From Octopus sinensis (lineage: Eukaryota), in assembly GCF_006345805.1 (NCBI RefSeq), contig NC_043019.1:26225360-26289359 (forward strand): DNA of 64,000 bases. Direction: 5' to 3'. Below are positions 50,301-56,656 of this stretch, in pieces. Positions within the stretch are counted from its first letter, which is position 1. The number at the start of each line of letters is the position of its first letter. Both the position numbers and the translations under genes were made by a program. A model generated the notes under the pieces. The model was not told where the DNA came from, searched no databases, and was given only the letters and a program-made list of their open reading frames with translations.

Positions 50301-53300
50301 TCGTTAGACCAGAACGAGACATACACGGTCTTCTTTCAGTTTCCATCTACCAAACCCACTCACAAGCTTTGGTTGGTCGAGGAAGACACAGCACAAGGTA
50401 TCATGCAGTGGAACTGAACTTGAAACCACATGGTTTACAAGAAAACTTCATAGCCACACCTGCACTAGTTTCAATTTACATTTTAAAAGAATTTTCCCAT
50501 GAGCGACACACTTACCTTCTCATTGCCCAAAACATCACAAGCAAATGTCCATTTGTTGGAAGAATGGCTCTGGCATGCTTTCTCCAAGATTTCATCAAAT
50601 TTATCCAAAACATCTACCCAATGGTAGAGTTCACACTGTAAAATAAAAACAACAGTTAATCTAAAACAAAAAAACTTATAAATTTTATATTTACTGGTTA
50701 GATAAACTCTTTCCAGACTATATAGAACGATTTAGACAAAACGTACTGCAGCATGTTTCAATTAATTCTAAAAATAATCCTTGTAATAATGACAACCTAA
50801 CATGGTCAGCTACCAACATCTTGGTGTGTTCAGTGCAGTCCAGTCTTGCTACAAACATCCACACTAGCTCTGATCAATATCCCGATGTGCTGCAGTTGCT
50901 GCTTCCCGATGTGCTGCAGTTGCTGCTTCCCGATGTGCTGCAGTTGCTGCTTACTGTAGTAAGCCATGAACTGTTGTGTCTGCTTTCCTTTAGCCCATTA
51001 AACTCAGAGGTGCTAAGTTCAAACCCACTTCCCTTCTTTTATTTATTAAAAAAAAAAAAAAAAAAAAAAAGGGTTCATTGCAATTGCTACTAGAATATAT
51101 GAAGTGAAATGATTGAAGATTACATTCACACATACACCTCATGACCCTCAGTTGTTCCTCTTGTGTTTCCTTCTCATACCTTCCACTATTATTCATCCTT
51201 GTAACTGGATCTCCCTCAACAAAACCTACTTCAGTCTTTACAACTGTTTCCCTATCTTTCCCACTAACTCCTCACATCAACCCTTAATCCCTTCCACATC
51301 TCTTTCTTCCCACCAACAGTGCCTTATTTCCTCCAGAACCACCTTCTCACAATTCCTCTCATAATACTTCACCCTCTCTCATCACCTTGTCTAAAACCAT
51401 CTCCCTATCCGCCCCCCCCCCTGTATTTCACCCATCGCCTTCCTGTCATGAGAGCTCTTTAAGTTGCAGGCTGACCTCACTGGTCCAGCTGCCACACTGA
51501 AAAGTGGTTGGTATTAGAAGGTTTAAGAAGACAAAGAAACCATGCCAAAACTGAGACAGTACAGCATGAGGCAGCCTTCCAACCCAAATCCTATCAAACT
51601 GGAAAGTAGGTGTTTTATTGGGGGGGGGGTGCACATGTGCACATTTTTTGGTGGTGGAGGATGATAATTTTCAAAGAAGACTATAAATAATAAACCTTCA
51701 GCTTTTCCTATGCAAAGGGTTTACTCAATATTTACACATTACATTCTGAGTTCAAATTCCACCGAGGTCGACTTTGCCTTTCATCCTTTTGGGGTTGATA
51801 AATTAAGTACTGGTTGCATACTAGGGTCGATCTAATCAACTAGCCCCCTCTTCAAAAATTTTGAGCCTTGTGCTTAGAGTAGAAAAGAATATTTACACAT
51901 ACGTTATAGCTTTAGCTGCAATTATTTGTGAAGGCACATGGCTCGGTGGTTAGAGCATCACATGGACAATCATGAGGTAGTGAGATCAATTCATGGGTCG
52001 GGCTGTGTGTTCTTGAGCAAGACACTTTATCTTCACATTGCTCCAGTTCACTCAGCTGAGTTGCAATATCACTGATGTCAAACTATCGGCATTTGCCTTT
52101 CCTTGGATAACATCAGTGGTGTGGAGAGGAGAGGTTGAGTTCATATGTACATATATGAGTATAAGAGAAAAACCTATCATATGTATAATTGTATGCATCT
52201 GTGTGCATATGAGAGAGTCTGTATTTCTTTTGTCTTTGCACGTGTTTGCTGATGGGGTCTTTCACTAGTAGTCTATTGTGAAAGAATGTCCAAAGCCTTC
52301 ATGACTTGTCCAGACATTGCACGATCTTTCAAAACAAAATGGTACGTTCAGATGGTGTTGCTTGCTTCCATTTCTCTGGGCAAACGCGACTTAAGATGCT
52401 TGCTGATCAATAGACTGGGCAATTATTACTCCACTTAGAAATAAGTGGAGGTTCACAACAGAAGTGCAACCAACCAGAGAAAATTCTACCCTATGAACTC
52501 CTGTTTGACCCAGGCATAGAAAAGTAGGTGGTAAAACAGTGATGATACACACACACACTAAGCTTCTTCCAGGTGCTATTGACCAAATCCAACCACAAGT
52601 CTTTTGTAACCCTAGTGCTATAGCAGATGACAAGGTGCTGCACAGTAGAACTGAATTTTTCAACCATACAGCCATGCCTGTAATTGGTTGTAGTTTTAAA
52701 TGTAAAACTGAATGTGAGAGTGTCAAGTTACACTACCAAGATAAATCATAAACCATATATGAATATATATTCAATCATTAATATGAGTTATCAGATACTT
52801 AAGTTAATATAGTAACCATTGCCAAATGTCAGTAACAAGAGAGAGCTAATGAGTTCATTTGCAGAAATTTGTCAATGATAAAGGATTCTCTCAAAAGGCT
52901 TTAATAATATAACTACTGCTATCTAAACATTTAATTTAACCACTTAAGACTTGATCATGAGATCTTGTGACAACTTAAATTTTGCTGTGCCCTAGATAAC
53001 AAGCTAATTTGTGAGAGGAAAAATACTTGAAAACTAATCCAGATATCGTGTGGTTTTACCCTATCTTAATCTTATAGGTTTATATATTTAGTTTCTTATA
53101 CTGAGCTATCAAAAGTATATTAGAATTATTGACTTTCAGCACAGAGTTTTACATTATATTTTTATGACCCACATACACCATCTTTCACTAAATGACAGAC
53201 AACAATTAAGGTTAAAGATAAATCTGAACGGTTTCTCTTTCAGGGAAAAAAATGAGTGGTTCAATTTTACGAGAGATGACACAAACATCAGTATTTCTGT

Positions 53301-54317
53301 CCATAATAGTGAAAATGAAACTAAAACAATTGGAGTGGTTGAAGCTGTAAATATCACAAGGCTTACATGATGTTAACCCTATAGCATTCAGGTGACTCAG
53401 TCAAATGTAATGTTTGTTTTGAATTAATCATGCATTTTCTCCAGGCTTCAAGATTTCAAAGGAACGACTGCTTATTTTTAGAGTGATGTTGTCGCATAGG
53501 AGCAAGAGGCAGGATCTGATAAAATATTTGGGCAGATAGGACCAGTTTAAATGCTCAAGAGTTTAAATGCTAAATTTTTCAAATCTTACTCTTAATGAAA
53601 ACACTGTTGAGCACATATGAAATGGGGGGGAAGGGACAGTTCAAAAATTGTTCCAAAGAGGAAAAGTGGCATTAGCCAGAGGAAACAGGTGTAATCATAT
53701 AAATATATTATTGCAGCCAATCATACTACATGGCTAACTTTCCCAATATTCAATGTAGTCTTTTTGTTTTTTTTTTAACTCTTTTTGCATTTAAATTGGC
53801 CACACCAGGCTCAAATATTGTTTTATGCTCAAACCAGTCAGATCTGATCTCTCACAAACACCTTACAATGTCCATCACATTGCCAAGATCTTGAAGTCAC
53901 AAAATAATTCAAAAAGCATTGCATTTAAGAGAGTATTCTGAACGCTAAGGGGTTAAACAGTTGGCTCTTCATTATATGTTGCTTTTTTTTCTTTTATCAC
54001 TTTTTTGCTTTATTCAACTATTTCTTGTTTACAGTATTTACGCCATATTTATTGCTAAAATTATATAGAAATTGATAAAACTGAAGTGTTTATCCCCAAA
54101 ATAGTATCTGTTTGTAAAGGGAGGGTAGATAACATTCTGTCATTCAACTTTGCAATGAAAGCCTAAAGATATTAAAACAACAAGAAAAAAAAATTAAGCA
54201 AAATATAAAAGATCTTACCTTCCCATAAGTCCATGACTTTATATGGGTCAACTCACTGAATAGTTCATCTTCAGAACAATTCTTTAATCTTTCAATCAGT
54301 GCCTTACAGTCAGCAGG
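1440..54317 (-). CDS. HUWE1: E3 ubiquitin-protein ligase HUWE1, spliced partial CDS (45 exons, 6856 nt; start exon and HECT exons outside window)
   Basis: Joined minus-strand exons translate without stops into HUWE1-specific motifs in the expected order: [90 protein letters not shown]. All junctions are GT-AG with matching phases. Confidence 0.97.
2508..2796 (+). mobile_element. tRNA-derived SINE (head B, tail 2), degenerate
   Basis: Head B core ATTTCACGTTGCTC..CCACTCA; tail ATCATTCAAAAGCTAC..AACATCTGATAG shared with 44006; another copy near 42890-43125. Confidence 0.62.
3114..3317 (-). CDS. HUWE1: HUWE1 exon (204 nt, 0-0) PVPDVPEKD...[20 protein letters not shown]...AGQSELITE
   Basis: tttgtag / gtgagt; KPL.P.S.ILRLL.E.V.SY and GQSELI motifs. 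Confidence 0.93.
3882..4168 (-). mobile_element. (GAT)n-tailed retro-element
   Basis: Same family; further minus copies at 5692, 10996, 19176, 20793, 23594, 30152 and 57881; plus copies at 1088-1330, 38640-38797 and 63470-63680. Confidence 0.75.
4180..4532 (+). mobile_element. Helentron-type non-autonomous element (HINE/DINE-1-like)
   Basis: T-run start, degenerate 5' subterminal IR, (TTTG)n, GATCCGG core, 3' CCTTGGCAGAGG subTIR and GCGCT..AGTGC-like terminal palindrome, T-rich flanks. Confidence 0.65.
5294..5409 (-). CDS. HUWE1: HUWE1 exon (116 nt, 1-0) [38 protein letters not shown]
   Basis: atttcag / gtaaga; open frame; its phases bridge the 6543 and 3317 junctions; poorly conserved. Confidence 0.8.
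6543..6734 (-). CDS. HUWE1: HUWE1 exon (192 nt, 1-1) [16 protein letters not shown]...[12 protein letters not shown]...EDLD
   Basis: atttcag / gtaagt; KxVxxxLLNAL helix; phase consistent. Confidence 0.87.
6826..7045 (-). mobile_element. SINE with Nin/Deu-like core
   Basis: Reverse-complement match to the same family. Confidence 0.75.
7364..7731 (+). repeat. 368-bp direct repeat, copy 1
   Basis: About 97% identical to 9652-10019. Confidence 0.95.
7879..8066. mobile_element. piggyBac-like MITE family 1, reverse copy
   Basis: TTAACCCTTTAGCAT start, AATGCTGAAAGGTTAA end, family internal sequence. Confidence 0.7.
8130..8316 (-). CDS. HUWE1: HUWE1 exon (187 nt, 0-1) VIKMASMG...[17 protein letters not shown]...IALPPPSKR
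   Basis: tttgtag / gtgagg; LRxLGPAACR motif. Confidence 0.94.
8618..8884. mobile_element. hAT-like MITE
   Basis: CAGGGGTTCCCAAC / GTTGGGAACCCCAG termini; near-matching 8-mers GTCTAACT / GTATAACT at the ends. Confidence 0.6.
9195..9435 (-). CDS. HUWE1: HUWE1 exon (241 nt, 2-0) SMVSLLSV...[13 protein letters not shown]...SMEK
   Basis: tctttag / gtgaac; LRLTRxHKYAMMF motif. Confidence 0.94.
9652..10019 (+). repeat. 368-bp direct repeat, copy 2
   Basis: About 97% identical to 7364-7731. Confidence 0.95.
10205..10523 (+). mobile_element. (GAT)n-tailed retro-element, about 3 tandem units
   Basis: Same family in the opposite orientation, ending AAACAATGATGATGA. Confidence 0.75.
10662..10890 (-). 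CDS. HUWE1: HUWE1 exon (229 nt, 1-2), S/T/P-rich linker ...PPPPPLP...[15 protein letters not shown]
   Basis: tttgcag / gtaagt; ends in IxGLTE motif; phases fit both neighbours. Confidence 0.88.
11373..11487 (-). CDS. HUWE1: HUWE1 exon (115 nt, 0-1), WWE end [13 protein letters not shown]...PAEPA
   Basis: gaatag / gtaagt; NEETGNRRP motif. Confidence 0.94.
11950..12331 (+). mobile_element. 5'-truncated RTE-clade LINE 3' end
   Basis: Translates as RTE ORF2 C-terminus ([34 protein letters not shown]); (GAT)n tail; ATTTATTGCA on both flanks as probable TSD. Confidence 0.8.
13084..13135 (-). CDS. HUWE1: HUWE1 exon (52 nt, 2-0), WWE part 2 [17 protein letters not shown]
   Basis: ttttcag / gtttgt; AGRRRYTV motif. 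Confidence 0.94.
13619..13734 (-). CDS. HUWE1: HUWE1 exon (116 nt, 0-2), WWE domain part 1 [23 protein letters not shown]
   Basis: tttccag / gtaggt; WWE signature [13 protein letters not shown]. Confidence 0.95.
13919..14006 (-). CDS. HUWE1: HUWE1 exon (88 nt, 2-0) [29 protein letters not shown]
   Basis: tttctag / gtaaag; KW..PxLLLxDxYEK motif. Confidence 0.92.
14110..14336. mobile_element. piggyBac-like MITE family 1, complete copy
   Basis: TTAA-CCCTTTAG...CTAAAGGG-TTAA, 219 bp between the TTAA sites; more than 10 related copies in the window. Confidence 0.8.
14907..15025 (-). CDS. HUWE1: HUWE1 exon (119 nt, 0-2) [24 protein letters not shown]...ESISL
   Basis: cttgcag / gtaagt; phase fits the next exon (AA+A = K of the KW motif). 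Confidence 0.87.
15610..15750 (-). CDS. HUWE1: HUWE1 exon (141 nt, 0-0) [12 protein letters not shown]...[13 protein letters not shown]
   Basis: aatttag / gtaaaa; open and in phase; ends like HUWE1 ATRILLLTLLFE. Confidence 0.85.
16268..16507 (-). CDS. HUWE1: HUWE1 exon (240 nt, 0-0) EESKKREEK...[21 protein letters not shown]...LTSE
   Basis: tttatag / gtgagt; LPGC..LLD.LP.TVYR.CDL motif. Confidence 0.93.
16628..17008 (+). mobile_element. tRNA-derived CORE-like SINE (head C), full length
   Basis: GAGTGGCTGTG.GGTAAG..GGTTCAGTTCC head; CCTTGGGCAAGTGTCTTC core; related copies at 525-830 (-), 15100-15370, 14450-14847, 32465-32812 and 63130-63300 (-). Confidence 0.75.
17893..17985 (-). CDS. HUWE1: HUWE1 exon (93 nt, 0-0), [34 protein letters not shown]
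   Basis: ttttcag / gtaaag; UIM signature EEDQMxRAIAMSL. Confidence 0.95.
18880..18996 (-). CDS. HUWE1: HUWE1 exon (117 nt, 0-0), UBA domain [39 protein letters not shown]
   Basis: tctctcag / gtaagt; UBA signature DMGF..EQAT.Y. Confidence 0.95.
20599..20709 (-). CDS. HUWE1: HUWE1 exon (111 nt, 0-0) EQLAKEKE...[14 protein letters not shown]
   Basis: tctccag / gtctgt; RREP.VNQ..LQQ lead-in to the UBA domain. Confidence 0.9.
21281..21499. mobile_element. piggyBac-like MITE family 1, degenerate copy
   Basis: Family internal sequence (CACCTACCCTACAATGTCATTCT) with decayed TIRs. Confidence 0.7.
21529..21651 (-). CDS. HUWE1: HUWE1 exon (123 nt, 0-0) [41 protein letters not shown]
   Basis: ttgttag / gtaagg; [10 protein letters not shown] motif. 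Confidence 0.95.
21774..21931 (-). CDS. HUWE1: HUWE1 exon (158 nt, 1-0) [19 protein letters not shown]...ITTQK
   Basis: gtgcag / gtagat; [19 protein letters not shown] motif. Confidence 0.95.
22338..22504. mobile_element. Tc1/mariner-pogo-like MITE
   Basis: Perfect 15-bp inverted termini TACTGTATTTTAACA / TGTTAAAATACAGTA including TA. Confidence 0.75.
23202..23275 (-). CDS. HUWE1: HUWE1 exon (74 nt, 2-1) [24 protein letters not shown]
   Basis: ttttcag / gtaagc; FNWALSM..EGLEH.DLP motif. Confidence 0.94.
24019..24821 (-). CDS. HUWE1: HUWE1 exon (803 nt, 0-2) [16 protein letters not shown]...[18 protein letters not shown]
   Basis: tttccag / gtaagt; [26 protein letters not shown] motifs. Confidence 0.96.
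24984..25408 (+). mobile_element. Two head-to-tail SINEs with Nin/Deu-like core
   Basis: Two copies of GCTGGCAGAATCGTTAG..TTCAAATTCC..CTTTCATCCTTT..AAATTTCAGGCCTTGTGCC. Confidence 0.75.
25846..26091 (-). CDS. HUWE1: HUWE1 exon (246 nt, 0-0) [13 protein letters not shown]...[17 protein letters not shown]
   Basis: tttgcag / gtagga; PGGSxLLRELA and ATPLLH motifs. Confidence 0.94.
27266..27442 (-). CDS. HUWE1: HUWE1 exon (177 nt, 0-0) [20 protein letters not shown]...VCKSIL
   Basis: ctttcag / gtaagt; [11 protein letters not shown] motif. Confidence 0.95.
27620..27671 (-). CDS. HUWE1: HUWE1 exon (52 nt, 2-0) [17 protein letters not shown]
   Basis: tttttag / gtaagt; IPLxDYILNV motif. Confidence 0.92.
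28673..28887 (-). CDS. HUWE1: HUWE1 exon (215 nt, 0-2) [19 protein letters not shown]...SDEDEDDDD...EQA
   Basis: cttgcag / gtgagt; LLEExC..GRDxKY motif followed by acidic tract. Confidence 0.93.
29079..29170 (-). CDS. HUWE1: HUWE1 exon (92 nt, 1-0) [30 protein letters not shown]
   Basis: atttcag / gtttgt; DELMRHQP motif. Confidence 0.94.
29336..29513 (-). CDS. HUWE1: HUWE1 exon (178 nt, 0-1) [25 protein letters not shown]...[11 protein letters not shown]
   Basis: gttgtag / gtaaat; [15 protein letters not shown] motif. Confidence 0.95.
29816..30030 (-). mobile_element. SINE with Nin/Deu-like core
   Basis: Reverse complement of the 24984/25216 type, including the GGCACAAGG tail. Confidence 0.75.
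30093..30151. repeat. (AT)n microsatellite
   Basis: Directly visible. Confidence 0.95.
30886..31275 (+). mobile_element. tRNA-derived SINE (head A, tail 1), full length with TSD
   Basis: A box TGGCCCAGTGG, B box GGTTTCAATTCC; TAGTAACTTC at 30876-30885 and 31276-31285. Confidence 0.82.
31309..31504. mobile_element. Tc1/mariner-pogo-like MITE
   Basis: About 22-bp imperfect TIRs TACCCTATTTTCTGGCATATAA / TTGTATGCCAGAAAATATAGTA. Confidence 0.7.
31579..31685 (-). CDS. HUWE1: HUWE1 exon (107 nt, 1-0) [35 protein letters not shown]
   Basis: ttcatag / gtaaga; [17 protein letters not shown] motif. Confidence 0.95.
31801..31881 (-). CDS. HUWE1: HUWE1 exon (81 nt, 1-1) [26 protein letters not shown]
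   Basis: atttcag / gtgagt; [17 protein letters not shown] motif. Confidence 0.95.
32843..33153 (+). mobile_element. tRNA-derived SINE (head B, tail 1)
   Basis: GTGGCTTAGTGGTTA..GAGTTCAATTCC head; tail shared with 30886; a reverse copy at about 17062-17370. Confidence 0.72.
33292..33393 (-). CDS. HUWE1: HUWE1 exon (102 nt, 1-1) [33 protein letters not shown]
   Basis: cttccag / gtaagt; [17 protein letters not shown] motif. Confidence 0.95.
33647..33842 (-). CDS. HUWE1: HUWE1 exon (196 nt, 0-1) [16 protein letters not shown]...ELKVDKP
   Basis: aattcag / gtgagt; HEVxxCRKExPFVI motif. Confidence 0.92.
34305..34406 (-). CDS. HUWE1: HUWE1 exon (102 nt, 0-0) [34 protein letters not shown]
   Basis: atttcag / gtattt; [14 protein letters not shown] motif. 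Confidence 0.95.
34773..34858 (-). CDS. HUWE1: HUWE1 exon (86 nt, 1-0) [28 protein letters not shown]
   Basis: tttacag / gtaagt; [11 protein letters not shown] motif. Confidence 0.95.
35196..35425 (-). mobile_element. tRNA-derived SINE with Nin/Deu-like core, full length
   Basis: Reverse complement of the 55537 copy. Confidence 0.8.
35981..36061 (-). CDS. HUWE1: HUWE1 exon (81 nt, 1-1) [26 protein letters not shown]
   Basis: ctttcag / gtgagt; [15 protein letters not shown] motif. Confidence 0.95.
36860..36948 (-). CDS. HUWE1: HUWE1 exon (89 nt, 2-1) [29 protein letters not shown]
   Basis: ttcctag / gtatgt; [14 protein letters not shown] motif. Confidence 0.95.
38885..38946 (-). CDS. HUWE1: HUWE1 exon (62 nt, 0-2) [21 protein letters not shown]
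   Basis: gttgcag / gtaagc; IKAAxLRTLTSI motif. Confidence 0.94.
40615..40715 (-). CDS. HUWE1: HUWE1 exon (101 nt, 1-0) [33 protein letters not shown]
   Basis: ctttccag / gtgagt; [11 protein letters not shown] motif. Confidence 0.94.
40912..41011 (-). CDS. HUWE1: HUWE1 exon (100 nt, 0-1) [33 protein letters not shown]
   Basis: ttttcag / gtgagt; MLLxTHIRLA...VQARL motif. Confidence 0.94.
41048..41524 (-). mobile_element. (GAT)n-tailed non-autonomous retro-element with five ~65-bp internal tandem units
   Basis: CATCATCGTTTAACGTCCGCTTTCCATGC...GGATGCCCTTCCTAAC tail module followed by repeated GGTGCTTTTTACGTGCCAC units. Confidence 0.72.
41669..41785 (-). CDS. HUWE1: HUWE1 exon (117 nt, 0-0) [16 protein letters not shown]...FSIPEDRQ
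   Basis: tttttataaag / gtgagc; PSEIME...SIP motif. Confidence 0.9.
42493..42567 (-). CDS. HUWE1: HUWE1 exon (75 nt, 0-0) [25 protein letters not shown]
   Basis: ttgcag / gtacac; [12 protein letters not shown] motif. Confidence 0.93.
44006..44310 (+). mobile_element. tRNA-derived SINE (head A, tail 2) within an AT microsatellite
   Basis: Shares its first ~190 nt with the 30886 copy, then has a different 3' module. Confidence 0.8.
45664..45726 (-). CDS. HUWE1: HUWE1 exon (63 nt, 0-0) [21 protein letters not shown]
   Basis: cttgcag / gtaagt; [15 protein letters not shown] motif. Confidence 0.95.
45944..46168. mobile_element. piggyBac-like MITE family 2
   Basis: TTAA-CCCTTTTG...CAAAAGGG-TTAA; interior differs from family 1; relatives near 26271-26482, 37168-37400 and 56479-56655. 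Confidence 0.7.
46706..46934. mobile_element. piggyBac-like MITE family 1, complete copy nested in an older inverted copy (46539-46995)
   Basis: TTAA at 46706-46709 and 46931-46934 flank CCCTTTAG...CTAAAGGG; the flanks join into one reverse-orientation copy. Confidence 0.85.
47117..47195 (-). CDS. HUWE1: HUWE1 exon (79 nt, 2-0) [26 protein letters not shown]
   Basis: ttttgtag / gtaagg; KRSNxITRL motif. Confidence 0.94.
47476..48138. repeat. 21-bp minisatellite (GTGTTTTGAGGAGGAAGAGGR)n, about 31 units
   Basis: Directly visible tandem array; some 19-20-bp units in the right half. Confidence 0.97.
48169..48329 (-). CDS. HUWE1: HUWE1 exon (161 nt, 0-2) [27 protein letters not shown]...AVLNLLYVF
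   Basis: gtttag / gtgagt; FTALLIExSFSRHLY motif. Confidence 0.95.
49199..49400 (+). mobile_element. SINE with Nin/Deu-like core
   Basis: Same head, B box and core; a partial copy also at 51745-51890. Confidence 0.72.
50516..50635 (-). CDS. HUWE1: HUWE1 exon (120 nt, 0-0) [17 protein letters not shown]...VLGNEK
   Basis: tttacag / gtaagt; CELYHWVD motif. Confidence 0.95.
50881..50952. repeat. Perfect 24-bp x3 tandem repeat CCCGATGTGCTGCAGTTGCTGCTT
   Basis: Directly visible. Confidence 0.95.
53373..53956. mobile_element. Two inverted MITE family 1 copies (53373-53566 reverse, 53775-53956 forward)
   Basis: Both show TTAA-bounded termini and family internal motifs in opposite orientation. Confidence 0.65.
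54219..54317 (-). CDS. HUWE1: HUWE1 exon (99 nt, phase 0-0) [33 protein letters not shown]
   Basis: ttttcag acceptor, gtaaga donor; resembles HUWE1 N-terminus PADCRALIDKLK. Confidence 0.93.
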
Positions 54318-54457
54318 CTGAAAAAAACAAAAGGATAAAATTTTCACATAAAGTTAGAGTAGCCAGAGTAATGGCCAGAGCATTTTTTATTAGGTTTACA
54401 TCTCAAAAGGGTTGAAATTCTATATTCTTATCCCCACACTGACTTTTGTTATACACG

Positions 54458-54699
54458 AAATTAAATAAAGGTAAAGGAACAAGAAATTATGCAATGAACA
54501 TTAGCTTACAGCTGTTTCTTCAATAAGATGCAGTGCACACAAAGCTGAGTTACTGTGCATTATCTTATAGCTCTGAGGAAGCTATAAGGTGACACACAAG
54601 TGCCCAGCACCCAATGCACAGCATCTAATAGTTGAAACAGTTGTTAGCTAATGAAGTTCACTGCATAATTTCCTGTTCCTTTGACACTTGTTTAATTTT
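54458..54699. repeat. Foldback (palindromic) element, about 240 bp
   Basis: Left arm AAAGGAACAAGAAATTATGCAATGAAC..TTAGCT..CTGTTTC is the reverse complement of the right arm; central CTTATAGCT/AGCTATAAG stem. Confidence 0.75.
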
Positions 54700-55536
54700 A
54701 TATTATGCTCTGTACTCAAATAATGCTTTATTTTGAAGATGAAGTAAATTGTTTTAGCACCAGATTATTAGTATTGCTCTACCTAAGTAAAATATGAAAA
54801 TATATATGAAAATCAAAAGACATTTGTGTAGAGTTGAAATGCTAAGGTACCCAATTAAGGAATGTACAGAAATGCGATATCTTTAAAGAAAAATTGTTTT
54901 TTTTTGTTTTCAAACTATTACAGTTTGAATAAATTTTAAAATAAAAATCTAATTTTGTCATATGAAAACCTGTATTTATAATTGGTTCTAGAGCAAACAA
55001 CAAAATGAAGTATGAAAGCAAAGGATGTCAAAAGCCAATATGAAAATTTAATATTCATTCATGCAGCCAAGAAAATATTTGACAGCAGACAGTTGTCATC
55101 TTTAACAATGAAAATCGGAATATATGCAGCAACAGGCCATAAGGCAAAACAGCAATGGAAACCAGACTTATTGTCAAAATGGACTTACAGAATGAAATGT
55201 ATTTATTGATTTTTTTTCTACCAATATTAAAAGCAAGTGTTTAGTCTTTAACCAAAAATATCTTTGGTCAATGAAAATTTGATCAGTTCATGGCTGAAAC
55301 TGTTTCCTTCAAGTTAATCGAATCTACCTTCTTCCTCTTTGAGGGGTGGCTTTCAATAGCTTAATACGTATACAAATCACAAAGATTAGCTACAAATTCT
55401 ACACGGAGAAATGTTGAATAAAAATTAAAGGTCATAAGGATAAATGAAACTCATAGAAATCAAACAGAAATGGCAAAATGCTGGTAATATAACTTGGGCT
55501 ATGTAATAACATATATAAATATATATATATCATATA

Positions 55537-55766
55537 GGCGACGAGCTGGCAGAAACGTTGGCACGCCGGTCGAAATGTGTAGCCGTATTTCGTCTGCCGT
55601 TACGTTCTGAGTTCAAATTCCGCCGTGGTCGACTTTGCCTTTCATCCTTTCAAGGCCGATAAATTAAGTACCAGTTACGCACTGGGGTCGATAGAATCAA
55701 CTTAATCCGTTTGTCTGTCCTTGTTTGTCCCCTCTGTGTTTAGCCCCCTGTGGGTAGTAAAGAAAT
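55537..55766 (+). mobile_element. tRNA-derived SINE with Nin/Deu-like core, full length
   Basis: GAGTTCAAATTCC B box; GCCTTTCATCCTTT..GATAAATTAAGTACCAG core; flanked by ATATATATATCAT direct repeat (TSD). Confidence 0.8.
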
Positions 55767-56656
55767 ATATATATATCATTTACACAATTACCAAGGAGCT
55801 ACTAACAGTTTCATGCTTTAAGATACATTAAACTGTCGATTATACAACAGGCTATGTAGGTACAAGAATACTTTCAAGCTCAGTTCATAACGCTACATGT
55901 AATTAAAAACCAGGATGCCGGGCGATAAGAAAAACAAAAAAAAAAACAAAAAAAAAAGAGCAGCTCTTTTGTAATTGTGTACATTAAATGATTTTTATCT
56001 CTCACTGGATGAAGTACTTTTTTATTGAGTAAACTGTCTGTGGTAAATAATATGAATGGTGAACTGATAGAATCAAAATGATGACTTGCATAATTATTTT
56101 TAATACATTCTGGCAGATTTGAATGTGCCGGAATCTATTAAGACTATGCAAATCAGTGTGTGTGTATGTGCGCGCGCGCGCACGCACATGCAGCTACTTG
56201 GTGTTAATGCATTCTGTGGATGCCTAAAAGAACTACTGAGCACCATTTCTCATTCACACACAGGATACACTGCATTGTTTGAATTCAAACAAGTGGTGAA
56301 ATCAATTACAAAGAAATAAAACTAAACAGAAAACGTCTCAATTTCCTAAGTACAACTTTACATAACTGTGAATGCATTAAAATATTTTTACAACAGACCA
56401 AAAATTTTTTTTAAGAAAATAGAAGTTGGATAAACAAAGCTACAACAACAACAATTACAACAAACCACTGGAATAAATTTAACCCTTTTGCTACCATATT
56501 TCTGTTGAAATACATTTCAATTCATTTTGAAAGTAATGTTAAAATTAATAAAATAACTCATTATTAATCTGGTGTTTGGAATAAGATTATTTAAAAACAA
56601 AAAATTTGTACTATAAAACCAGGAGCATTTTCAAGCAGGTTGGTATCAAAAAAAGT

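Noticed and set aside
51962-51985. let-7/miR-98-like TGAGGTAG (vertebrate HUWE1 hosts let-7f-2/miR-98)
   Set aside because: Only the 8-nt seed matches, on the antisense strand within a SINE head; CTACCTCA hits at about 7423 and 9711 also lack the rest of the mature sequence and a hairpin.
1440-54317. U12-type or non-canonical introns; NAGNAG acceptors
   Set aside because: All 44 internal introns read GT-AG without the GTATCCTT signature. NAGNAG options (e.g. CAG/AAG at 21931, CAG/GAG at several exons) use disfavoured distal sites and change one residue at most.
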